Source: Octopus sinensis (Eukaryota). From it: 64,000 nucleotides of DNA. Of this stretch, positions 52,704-64,000 are shown piece after piece. The translations under genes were made by a program, and so were the position numbers. The first letter of the stretch is position 1; each line of letters begins with the position of its first letter. The stretch is from contig NC_043004.1 of assembly GCF_006345805.1 (NCBI RefSeq), forward strand, positions 79,174,001 to 79,238,000, given 5' to 3'. The notes beneath the pieces are model-generated. The model was not told where the DNA came from. It made no database searches and saw nothing but the letters and a program-made list of their open reading frames with translations.

Positions 52704-53770
52704 TCCAAATTGCAGGAGTGAAACAGGTATAGACTTAGGAGTGGCTGTGTGGTAAGTAGCTTGCTTACCAACCACATGGTTCCAGGTTCAGTCCCACTGC
52801 ATTATATATATAGTTCTGAGCTGGAAGAAACTTTTGATGCTGTCATAGAAACAATAATGGGTTAATTACAGAATGAAAACAGAGGAGATGACTGGAAGGA
52901 AATTTGCTTTCAATTTCGGACCTTATTATAGAATTTCAAAATTGAATTCAAACGTATTTCTATAGTTTATTCTTGGAATAAATATTTTACAATCTGCTAG
53001 TATGAGATGATGAATAATTCTTACTACTATAGACACAAAGCCCGAAATTTGAGGGCCAGGGGTTAGTTGATTACATCAATCCCAGTAATTGACTGGTACT
53101 TATTTTGTCAACCCCGAAAAGATGAAAGACAAAGTCGACCTCGGTGCAATTAGAAGTTAGAATGAAAAAGCTGAAGAAACGCTGCTAAGGTGGTTGTTCG
53201 TTTTGAAGTTTCTTAATAAAATGAGCACACACACACACACTGTACTCGATTTTATAGAGGGAGACTATTTGTACTTTATTTTGGAAATATATACTTACTA
53301 CATTAAAGAGTAAATGTTTGTATATTACACAATCAATTCTGCTCTGTAAGCAAGATTCCTTCCTTTCCGGCCATTGAAAAAAGATCATAGCAAAACAGCG
53401 GGAATATGAAACCAATATATCTTAGAGTTAGTTGTAAGGTAGCCAACTTGGTGATGTCGAAATATCGCATTGGGAACTTCTGGAGAAATATTTTATTCTT
53501 CCAAAAGTGTGAAGATAAAAATTGTTATTGCCGTTGTTGTCGTTGTTGTTGTTAATAGTGCAGTGACTATGTTAGTGATGACGATTAATGTATTAGATAC
53601 TGAGTTGAGGGCAGTAATATTTTTAAGAACAGTGTTAAGTGTTGGTTTACTTTTTGACGTATTAAAAATAATTAAACTTTAGCAACTTCAAATTCGTCAA
53701 CGTCAACATCAATTTCGTTATCAACTTTTCTACTACAGCGACACCAAGCTGGCCTTTATTATACAAATAC

Positions 53771-53802
<32 letters not shown>

Positions 53803-53869
53803 GCCTAGTATAGTAGATTAAATGTATAGTATAATATAGTATAGTATGGTGAAAGTGCTAGGTTTAGTG

Positions 53870-54148
53870 GCTAGGGCATTTGGCTTACGATTCTAAGGTC
53901 GTGTGTCCTTGAACAAGACTCTTCGCTTCATGTTGCTTCACTCCACTCAGATAGCAAAAATGAGTTGTACCTGTATTTCAAAAGGGCCAGCCTTGTCACA
54001 TTCTGTGTCACGCTGATCTCCCCGAGAATTACATCAAGAGTACACGTGTCTGCGGAGTGCTCAACCACTTGTATGTTAATTTCATGAGCAAGCTGTTCCG
54101 TTGATCGGATCAACTGGAGTACTCACCGTCGAAACCGACGGAGGGCCA
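53870..54148 (+). mobile_element. SINE with family D head and family C tail
   Basis: tgtccttgaacaagact..ttgcttcactccactcag, then gtacctgtatttcaaaagggccagcc..gaaaccgacgga. Confidence 0.75.
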
Positions 54149-54599
54149 GTGTTTTTTTTGGGTTTTTTTTAGTATGGTATTTGCTTTTATATCTTATGTA
54201 CTAAACGTCTGTATATTTACAGTAATGTAAGATGCGACAATTTTTATCATGCAAAATTTGTAATCTTTTACAAAACTTTTCATCATTTACATTCTTTTGC
54301 AATTCTGCAAAAAGTAATTCACTGATTTCGGTGTCAGTCCATAAAAGAATCGCTGCATCTTGTGGTTCCGACATTAACGTTGGCGGCGAAATTACAGTCA
54401 ACGATGACGAAATCGAGGTAGATGACGACGCAATGATGACTGACAATTACGAAAATGAGGCTGACGGTGACGAATTTGAGGTTGACATTGACGAATTAGA
54501 GGTTGATAATGTCGAATTAGAGGTTGATAATGTCGAATTAGAGGTTGATAATGTCGAATTTCTTGAGAAACCCTGTATGCATGTGTGTGTGTGTTTGTT

Positions 54600-54653
<54 letters not shown>

Positions 54654-56212
54654 GTAGCATCCTTTTGATAAGCCAACACCTCAGTAAAAGAAATAAAAGC
54701 AGTACTCTGTTGGGAATAATGTCCACAAGCCAAGAATGAGTTCCAATTGCAGTTACTTAATACGTTTGGGGAAAGCAACACTCAACTAACTTCCCTTACC
54801 GATTGGTGAACAGCACTGGGTATGAAACGCAACACTAAGCAGAGAACATTGATGCTTTTGATCATAGATTTGATCAACCAGTGCTGACCTGGGATTAAAT
54901 AACATCGTCAATGTGTAACATTTAATTTTATTTACTACTGCAAAAACCTAGTAAACCATTGATTGCATTCCACGTGCACCACTTGCGCTCTTTCTCTCTT
55001 TCTCTTTCTCTCTCTCTCTCTCTCTTTCTCTCTCTTCTCTTCTCTTCTCTTCTCTCAAATCCTGTTGTGTAAACTTAACCAGATCAGTTTCATAAAAAAA
55101 TAGCACAGAATTTTCAAAAATTAGTGGTGTGTATAATGAAGTAGTCTACATTGAAAATATTGCTTGCAAATTAAAAAATATATGATGAGAAGTCACTGTC
55201 AGATTTTTTTCTTTTTAAAAGTATAAGCATGTACTCTGACAGACAAACAGACAGACAAAATTTACTTGTCGCTTTGTTCTAATTTATTTTGACGGTAATT
55301 AAATATAATTCAATAAGATGCTTACCTTTAAAAATTAAAATTGTGATGGCAAGCAACCCACAAGCAACGCAATCAGCTACCTTTAGCCCAAACTTGCAAC
55401 CCTGCTGTCAAGCATTATTAGATCATACTGGGGACACACACACACACAAATTATGCGTATGCCAATATTTTTTATCGTTTCCTGTTTCGTGCTGATTTAA
55501 AAATTATTTAATTGGGCGGCGAATTGGCAGACTTGTTAGAGAATCCAAAGAACGCTCCAATTCTGTGTTCTGCGTTCAAACCTCACTGAGGTCAAGTTTT
55601 TCTTTCATCTGTTCAAGGACGATAAATGTCGGCTCAAGATGGTAGAGCATGGCTGGTATACCTTGCGGTATCGATTTCAACTCTGTGCGGTCTGAGTTCG
55701 AAGTCTGCCTCGTATTATTGGCCTTCTTGTGAAAACAGGACCTTCGGTGCTTACAATACTAGAGCTCCAAAGTCAGATGGAACCCTTTCTTGTATAATAA
55801 TTGGCCGCCGGCACTGGTTCCTCAAAAGCAAGTGGAAAACTAGAAGTTTAAAGAACTACTTCTCTCATACTTGCGATATTTCTTGTGGTTCAGAGTTCAA
55901 AAATTGCAGCTTTTTAGATCTCCGGAGTTGTGTGGGGCATGTCCTCATTGTGCTGAGCTACGTCTAGCATAAACGCTTTGTTGTACTGAAATCAAATTAT
56001 TATTCTTTCCAAATACAAACTTACACAACAATAGTGAGGTTGCTTCGAGCCCCTACAAGACGTAATGTGTTCTCACTTCTATACATCGTTTCTCTTCGTT
56101 TAGAGCGACGAGACCAACGGTGAAGAGGACGACTGCAGACCTAAAAGTTATCTTACTAATGAATTCTATTCTGGTATTCCTGTTCATTTAAGGCAACACA
56201 CCAACAGCAACT

Positions 56213-56571
56213 GGGGACGCAATGGCCCAGTGGTTAAGGCAGCGGACTCGCGGTTGGAGGATCGCGGTTTCGATTCCCAGACCGGGCGTTGTGTGTGTTT
56301 ATTGAGAGAAAACACCTAAAAGCTCCACGGGGGGGGGGCGACTCTTGTTGTACTCTTTCGCTACAACTTTCTCTCACTCTTTCTTCCTGTTTCTTGTCCC
56401 CGACTTCCTACGCAACCGCTGAGCCTGGATGCACATTCATCCATCCGTCGATGCTCTCGGTGTCGGGGGTTGACCTGCTTTCTCTTCTGCAGGTCTTACG
56501 AATAGTGAAGGACCACGTTTCAGACTTCTCCCACTCTGGGACGAAGACCGCTTCGCTCAGCAAACAAACAA
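56213..56571 (+). mobile_element. SINE family C' with 10-bp TSD-like flanks
   Basis: Same head and tail as 25827; ACACCAACAG at 56198-56207 and 56572-56581. Confidence 0.85.
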
Positions 56572-56804
56572 ACACCAACAGTAGAAAGGGTGATTGCAGA
56601 CGATAAACTTTTCTTCTTTATGTTGTATTCTACTCCATTATTCCTGTTCGTTTAGGACAACGAAACCAGCAACAGAAAGGGCGACTATAGACGATAAATT
56701 TATCTTTTTAATGTTGTATTGTATTCCAAAACTGTTGAATAAATATTTAAAATTATAAATCAACGTTATTGAATTCCCTTTCTCTTTTTCTTTTACAATT
56801 TCAG

Positions 56805-56876
56805 GGCATAATTGGTCCACCAGGACAATCGGGTATAATGGGACCTGTTGGCCTACCAGGTGTCCCTGGACCACCT
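56805..56876 (+). CDS. Collagen exon, 72 bp (GIIGPPGQSGIMGPVGLPGVPGPP)
   Basis: Polypyrimidine tract plus tcAG acceptor, eight Gly-X-Y triplets, GTAAGT donor. Confidence 0.95.
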
Positions 56877-57377
56877 GTAAGTATTCAATGACAAATCCAA
56901 CTTTAAACTACTGTCTTTATATCATCAAATATTTCATTTAATTTACAGCTCGAGTCTAAAACAGATTATTATTATTATTATTATTATTATTATTGCTTAA
57001 TCATTACTTAATATTACTAGCACTGATGCATCACCAGATACTAAGGTTTCTGGATTCACTCCTGCTACATTCCAGACAACGCATAATTTCTGCTAATTCC
57101 TCTTTTATATATATTTTTTTCTTTTGCTTGCTTCAGTCATTAGACTGCGGTTATGCTGGGGCACCGACCTTCCTTTGACTGCATTTACGTTTTATGTGGG
57201 CGGATGTAAATTAAAAGTTTATTTTTAAATTCCGCAAGACAAGATATGTCAGCCGTGTCCATCATCTGGTACATAATCTTTAATCTTAGTATTTTATAGA
57301 TTATATATCTTTATAATTTGATAAATTTGTATTAAATTAATGGTCGAAAAGATCAGGACTGTAAAAATCCTTTTGCC

Positions 57378-57522
57378 TCCGAGTTCAAATTCCGCCGAGG
57401 TCAACTTTGCTTTTCATTCTTTCGGGGTCGATAAATAAAGTACCAGTTGCGTACTGGAGTCGATCTAATCGACTGGCTCCCTGCCCAAAAATTTCGGGCC
57501 TTGTGCCTAGAGTAGAAAAGAA
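57378..57522 (+). mobile_element. SINE family A, 5'-truncated
   Basis: gagttcaaattccgccgagg..ccttgtgcctagagtagaaaag. Confidence 0.85.
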
Positions 57523-58465
57523 TCCTTTAGCTTCTGATGAAAAAGAAGAAGCTTCCTTGCATTCTCAAATTTTTGTTTTATATTTTGTAGGGGAAAAAAC
57601 TTGATCCTAGAATTCAAGGCAGACACGGTTTTATTCTAACAGGCAATTCCATTTGACGTAAAAAAATTAAAAAATTTCATCGTAAATAGAATCTGTTTTA
57701 AAATCAGAGTAAACCTATTTGCAAAAAGATGGTTGTAACAGATAAAATATTAATGAAATTATTGCACTGCACTCAGTAGTAGCAACGCCCGCGTTCAGTT
57801 ACAATTAGCGGTAGTTTATGCCGAGCCTTTTGTGGATCAACTTAGAAATATGACGAGAACATTACCACTATTGGGTGTGAATACTTAAAACCTTCGAAGT
57901 AGTTAGGTTTTCCTCTTGAAGCTTAAACATCTTTTAAATCCGTGTGTTTCGTCAGGTTCGAATGCCGTTGGGGAGTGGAAGAGGTACGTCACATCCCGAG
58001 GCTTTCTCCCCGTCTGGTGTCAGGACCCGTTTCCTCAGACTTTATTATATTTATGTAGCGCCCTTTCTCAAAAATTCATTCTTTGTATTTTACATGAAGA
58101 ACAAGTTCTTAAAATAATCACAGACCATTTTTTAGAGTACATACTCCCCGCTCTGAACAAGGCAAAATAATGACCAAGAAAAATTAGTGCCTGAGTTCAA
58201 TACAAATTATTTATTCAATTCAGCTCAATATTAGTAGGTTTATTATTATTATTATATTTACGTCTATTGTGATAGAGAAGTGCAATAATTTGTCATACAA
58301 AAACCATTTGTGATGCCGCTAGAATTAAAGTCCATACATCATTTGCTTTCTGTTTCCTTCGTCTTTGACAAAAAAACAAATGAAGCTTAAAAAATCATGA
58401 ATGATTTATTAAAGTTTACACATTCTATTTTAATGGTAATTGTTTGAAATTTTGTGTATTTCCAG

Positions 58466-58501
58466 GGACCTCCCGGGCCGGTAGGACCACAAGGAGACCG
58501 T
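58466..58501 (+). CDS. Collagen exon, 36 bp (GPPGPVGPQGDR)
   Basis: tttccAG acceptor, four triplets, GTAAGT donor. Confidence 0.93.
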
Positions 58502-58672
58502 GTAAGTTGATTTAATTGTTACTGTTCTGTTTCACGGGGAAGCATGTTTGTATGCCATCCTACTTATAATTACAAAATCCAGCAAATTACTTTCTAAAAT
58601 GCAAGCAAAAGAGGAGAGATACAGGGATAAAGGTTCATCTAATCGTTACATCGTGGATTATCATGCTAACGT

Positions 58673-58977
58673 GGAGGCACAATGGCCCAGTGGTTAGGGC
58701 AGCAGACTCGCAGTTGTGGGACCACAGTTTCGATTTCCAGACCGGGCGTTGTGAGTGTTTATTGAGCGAAAACACCTAAAGCTCCACGAAGCTCCGACAG
58801 GGGATGGTGGCGAACCCTGCTGTACTCTCACCACAACTTTCTCTCACTCTTTCTTCCTATTTCTATTGTAACTGTAATTTGAAAGGGCCAGCCTTGTCAC
58901 GCCCTGTGTCACGCTGAATCTCCCTGAGGCTGATCGGATCAACTGGAACCCTCGTCGTCGTAACCGACGGAGTGCCA
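58673..58977 (+). mobile_element. SINE family C
   Basis: tRNA head and standard tail; imperfect TSD atcatgctaac/atcaagctaac. Confidence 0.85.
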
Positions 58978-59202
58978 CGATATCAAGCTAACATTTTGCT
59001 CCACGGAAGTTTTCTTTTTCTATCCTTTTAAACGGAAAAGTTCTGTAAAGAAGGAAAAGTCAAATCTATAGAATTAAACATGTCATTTGTTGATTTCTCG
59101 ATATGTAATACCTATATGTAATATATAATATATGTAATACATAGATATGTCACACTTTCTCAAAAGTTATAATAATTGTTGATCTTTTCTTTTCGTTTAT
59201 AG

Positions 59203-59259
59203 GGAGATACATTAGGTGTTTCAGGATCAGATGGCGCATCAATGGCTTACGGACCCCAG
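59203..59259 (+). CDS. Collagen exon, 57 bp, helix interruption/telopeptide-like (GDTLGVSGSDGASMAYGPQ)
   Basis: cttttcttttcgtttatAG acceptor, CAG/GTAATT donor, in frame with the flanking exons. Confidence 0.85.
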
Positions 59260-59682
59260 GTAATTAGTAACCATTATGTAAACAATACGATTAATTACAT
59301 CATCAATTAGTGGTCAAAAAATTCCTGTTAAAGCTTCTTTCAATATGGAATCTGTAAACGAGGCATTCAGTCATGTCCGGCATTCGCCATGATAGATCGC
59401 TAGCCACTAAACCTTTTTCTATTTTCTCTCCCTGTTTATTTCTGTGTTCCTTTCTGTCAAAGAGCGTAAGCTCGAAATGTAAAAGACTTTCTCACTTCCC
59501 GAGCGTTAAACTAATACATCTGTTTGCTGTTTACACACACGTCTTCGTCTTTTGTTTTTTTTTATTGCTAAATTCTCACTATTTTATTATTAACACAGAT
59601 TTAATTATGATGGAAACAGGATTTTACGATTTTCAACAAAAATACCCTCTCTCCTCAACTGTCTCATATATATATATATATA

Positions 59683-59716
<34 letters not shown>

Positions 59717-60114
59717 TATATATTTATATATATATGCATATATATATATATATATATATGCATATATATTTATATATATATGCATATATATATGCATATA
59801 TATATATATGTGCATACATGCATATATATATGCATATATATATATATGTGCATACATGCATATATATATGCATATATATATATATGTGCATACATGCATA
59901 TATATATGCATACATATATATACATGCATACATACATGTATGCAAACACACATACTATATATATAATAAAATAAGATAAACACAAGTTTATAATGTGAGT
60001 TTCATTGTTATGACTGGTTGGAAACTTGCATTGAGTGTGCGGATTAGAACGTAATAATCTATGTGGAACATAAATGTAGCAGTCGTTTCGTAAACCTGTT
60101 TGTACACACACACA

Positions 60115-60146
<32 letters not shown>

Positions 60147-60148
60147 TA

Positions 60149-60190
<42 letters not shown>

Positions 60191-60746
60191 TTGTTGTTAT
60201 GTAAAAGTGTCGTAAGTCCAAAACGTTGTGTTTTTCAGAAAGCGAAAAAAATATTTTCACCAATCTATAGCAAAGCTGTTGTACTACACTTTGATAATTT
60301 TTGGGATATCTTAGCATTTGAAGCAGCTGGAGATACAATAGTTTGACCAAAAGAACAGGCTATTGCAAGCAAAAATAATACTGAAAAAGACTCATTTGGC
60401 CAAATTTGGACATCCGACAGTTCAACATAACAGCACGATAATATATATATATATATTATATATATATATATTATATATATATATATATATAGATAGATAT
60501 ATAGAAGAAAGAAAGAAAGAAAAGAAAATGGCTAAAAAAATTTTTGGGGCTGCTATTTCTACTAAGTTCAGTATGTGGCGAAGTAATTTAGTTTACTAAG
60601 CCCTAATTATATAATGTAATATTTTGAATTCGCCTTAAATGGTCCTTTTACATACTGAACACTTGGTGAAATTGATTAATTAATTTTACCCTCAATTGTT
60701 GATATTATATAGATATATATATATAGATATATATATAGATATATAG

Positions 60747-60778
<32 letters not shown>

Positions 60779-61454
60779 GTATCAACGCTATGTGTTAGCA
60801 TTTGTTTTGACTTCCTGCACTTTGGGTTCAGATCCTACCGAAGTCGACTTTGTCTTTCAGCCTTTCAGGGTCAATAAAAAAGTAGTAGTCCAAGATGATG
60901 GATTAGTAGAACTGTACGGGCATGGTACCAAATATCTTGTGGTATTTGTTCCAGCTTTTTCTGTTGTGAGTTCAAATCTCACCATGGCCTACTTCGATGC
61001 TAGATCAAATCCATCACTCCCTGGCCTTTTGAATGCCTTTTTTTTTTTTGGAGTCGCAATCCTTAAGATGTTTTACTAATTTGAAAACAAGACCAAGATT
61101 TTAAGGGCTGGCCGGCCGATTACATCGACTCTAGTACTTACTAGTACTTTAATTCATCGACCTCGGTAGGGTGAAGGGCAAATTTAACCTTGGAACGATT
61201 TGAACTGAGAACGTTAAAAGCCGAAACAAATACCACAAGGTATTTTTCTGATACACAAACGAGTCCGCTTTCTAGTTTGAAGATACCTTCTTCCCTCCCA
61301 CCGCACCCCACCCAGTCTTGAAGGCCCCCTAACTAAAAAGATAGAAGTAATATTATACGTGAATGAATATCGAGATAAAATCAATACGAAATCGATTACA
61401 TGGTTGATAATATCGAATAGATTAACCTTTTTTGCCTTTGTTTTATCGTTTTAG

Positions 61455-61487
61455 GGTCAGCCTGGACAAAATGGCCCCGCTGGAATG
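61455..61487 (+). CDS. Collagen exon, 33 bp (GQPGQNGPAGM)
   Basis: ttttAG acceptor, GTAAGT donor; the final triplet is completed by the next exon. Confidence 0.92.
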
Positions 61488-61687
61488 GTAAGTTATTTGC
61501 TTTTAACCTTGGTTTCTTATGGCTGTATGGTTAAGAAATTTGTTTTCCAATCGCGTGGTTGTGGGTTCAGTTCACTGCAGGGCATCTTGGTCAAGTATCT
61601 TCTACTATAGCTCTATGCTAACCAAAGACTTACTAGTGGTTTTGGTAGATGAAAACTATCGGAAGCTTTTCATGTTTATATACGTTT

Positions 61688-61730
<43 letters not shown>

Positions 61731-61964
61731 TGTGTGTGTGCATGCGTGCATATGTGCGTGTGTGTGTGCATTTGCATTCCACAAAAGTCATAAGCTACGA
61801 GCAGTGCTGTTGTCACTTGTGAACAAATCATCCGCAGACATCATACCTTTGAAAATGAAGCCACATGAAATAAGAGGTCCCTTACTTGAAAAACAGGTAA
61901 GGATTAGTGACAGAAATTGCATCCAGCTGGAAGCCAATACTTTCAGTAATATATTCATCTAACC

Positions 61965-62191
61965 CAGTGCTTTTCAAACTTTTCCTTTTGCAAACCCCTC
62001 CTTGCAATGATCTAGCGCCCAACTCCTTTTTAAATGTTCACACACGTAATATCAGACCAAAATACATCAGCCCGTGGTTTTAGCTTTGGCCAAACTCAGG
62101 TACGTATTCTTTGTGCTTCGTATATACCCCTATAGCCCACTTTGCTTCCTACGCCCATAGAGGGTGGCATTGCCCATTTTGGGAAACACTG
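61965..62191. mobile_element. hAT (Charlie-like) MITE with perfect 8-bp TSD
   Basis: Ends CAGTGCTTTTCAAA and TTTGGGAAACACTG; ATCTAACC at 61957-61964 and 62192-62199. Confidence 0.88.
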
Positions 62192-62479
62192 ATCTAACCC
62201 ATGCTGTCATGGAAAAACTGATGTAAAACGAACGAATGAATAGTGATGAAAGAGTACAAATTTTTAATGAGGGAAAATGGTAATATTGATAATATAAATC
62301 TATTATAATGCTTGTATGTGTGTGCTTTTTTTTTCTTTCTTGTTGTTTGTGTTGCTCTTGAGTCTCAAGAATGCAGACGTATCCATCGTAAATACGTTTT
62401 TTTTTAATCAAGAAGTTTGTAAAAACTGTGTTTTCAGTTGTCTAATTAAAAAGTGTTCTTTTATTTTTCCTGTTCAAAG

Positions 62480-62626
62480 CCTGGTGAGAGAGGAGCTACT
62501 GGTGAGCCTGGGCCTACAGGACCCCAAGGACCCCCTGGTATACCAGGAATGCCAGGACCTGCAGGTGTTACTGGACCAAGAGGACTTCGGGGACAAACAG
62601 GAATGCCTGGCATGCCAGGACTACCG
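62480..62626 (+). CDS. Collagen exon, 147 bp (P followed by 16 Gly-X-Y: [49 protein letters not shown])
   Basis: tcctgttcaaAG acceptor, CCG/GTTTGT donor. The gene continues beyond the window. Confidence 0.95.
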
Positions 62627-63313
62627 GTTTGTCAGAAAATATTGTATTTATTTAACTATTTAATGCAATATTAACAATTACATTTCAACTTGCTTTTTCA
62701 TCAATCATTTCTCAAATCATTCTTCAATCATTAACATCTGGAATGGCTTCTTTAATCATCATAATGATTTATATATTTTTTTCATAGATTATAGATTCCA
62801 TTAAAAAATAAGCGATAAACACCGAGTAACGTATAAACTTTATTAAGCCTCGAGATATTAACATGAAAATATCATTGTCGAAAAACACTGACCTAGAATT
62901 TGTCAATGTGCTAATTAATCGCTTAGCACTAATAATCTTATGATTCTTCTAAATCTCAGTTAACCCTTTTCTTACCACATTTCTGTTGAAATAATACACT
63001 GCCTTTGTTTCAATCTATTAAAGTGCTAATGATAGATTCCTGTGGTGTAAAAACTCTGTCGCGATGTGGAGAAGAGATAGTAAAAGTATGTGTGCGTGTA
63101 TGTGTATGTGTGCGATAGAGAGAGGGGTGGGGAGATGGATTTAAATTAATGCTACAGTCGCGTACATACATACATGCGCACATATGAACGCTGTTGGTAC
63201 ACGCAAACATTCAAACACACAGATGACAAATAGGTGTGTGTGTGTGTATGTGTATGAGTGCGTGTGTGCGCGCGTGTGTATATGTGTAAGAGCAAAGGGT
63301 GTGAGTATATGCC

Positions 63314-63450
63314 TTCACGCCGAGGTCGACTTTGCCTTTCATCCTTTCAGGGTCGATAAGTTAAGTACCAGTTGCGTACTGGGATCGATCTAATCGACTA
63401 CCCCCACCTTCCCCCAAATTTCGGGTCTCGTACCTAGAGTAGAAAAGTAT
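63314..63450 (+). mobile_element. SINE family A, 5'-truncated
   Basis: cgccgaggtcgactttgcctttcatcctttc..tagagtagaaaag. Confidence 0.85.
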
Positions 63451-64000
63451 ATGTTTACACGCCATTGACGTTTATATGTGTGAGAATGCGTTTGTGTGCC
63501 AATTCTATAATATCAAACACTTCTTAAATATTTTATTACCAAAACGCAGTTTGGTGTGTTACTGTGAACAGTGATCGTGGGGCACGACTGTGAGAGCTGA
63601 AACGAAGGAGGTAGGGAAAGATTAAGAGGAAGAGTGAAGACAAGAAATAGAAGTTAGGAATAAAGAGAAGAGAATTAAGAGTGATGAAAACGTATAAACT
63701 CAGAAGGAAAGGAATGGAATTAATAATGCAAGGAACGGAACTAGAAGGTGTCGTGTGATAAACAGCAAAGCTGAAGCTAAAAGGGAGAGAATGAGAAATA
63801 TAGAGAGAGAATGCAAAATATGAACGATGATGAGAGACAAGAATATTTTGTAGCAGCCAGAATAAGAAAACTGGTTAGAAGAAAAAATGTGATTGGTGAG
63901 AATTGACAAGATTTCTCAGAAATTAATCAAAAGATTATGAAAGATATAAAATGATATTATGACAGAGTGAGTGATATGCTTATGGCTGACACTCTACCAT

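Overview
Eukaryotic, AT-rich, microsatellite- and SINE-saturated invertebrate DNA. The tRNA-derived SINE families and (CATA)n/(TA)n load resemble Octopus; that assignment is inference. The host content is a + strand collagen locus of tiny GT-AG exons in two groups. The upstream group has four Gly-X-Y exons of 54/45/54/54 bp (4863-12667), plus a cryptic 54-bp exon-like unit at 13363. The downstream group begins with an ATG and a signal-peptide-like leader fused to Gly-X-Y (32305-32478) and continues at 56805, 58466, 59203, 61455 and 62480. No C-propeptide exons are visible between the groups, so this is either one gene with an internal promoter or an orphan collagen fragment followed by a second gene. 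The left end holds a near-complete Penelope-like retroelement on the minus strand (RT + GIY-YIG). It has an upstream ORF joined through a correctly phased U UUU UUA slippery site, and an inverted terminal segment carrying a hammerhead ribozyme with a U3:A8 covariation. A second hammerhead with a fully canonical core and a greatly expanded stem II lies at 25061-25190, and two more degenerate ones occur; all four are on the + strand. The introns also contain several long near-perfect hairpins, hAT- and Tigger-like MITEs, decayed RTE and CR1-type LINE pieces and a 33-bp minisatellite. Nearly all long ORFs in the supplied track are artefacts of simple repeats. All calls were made by eye without database searches.
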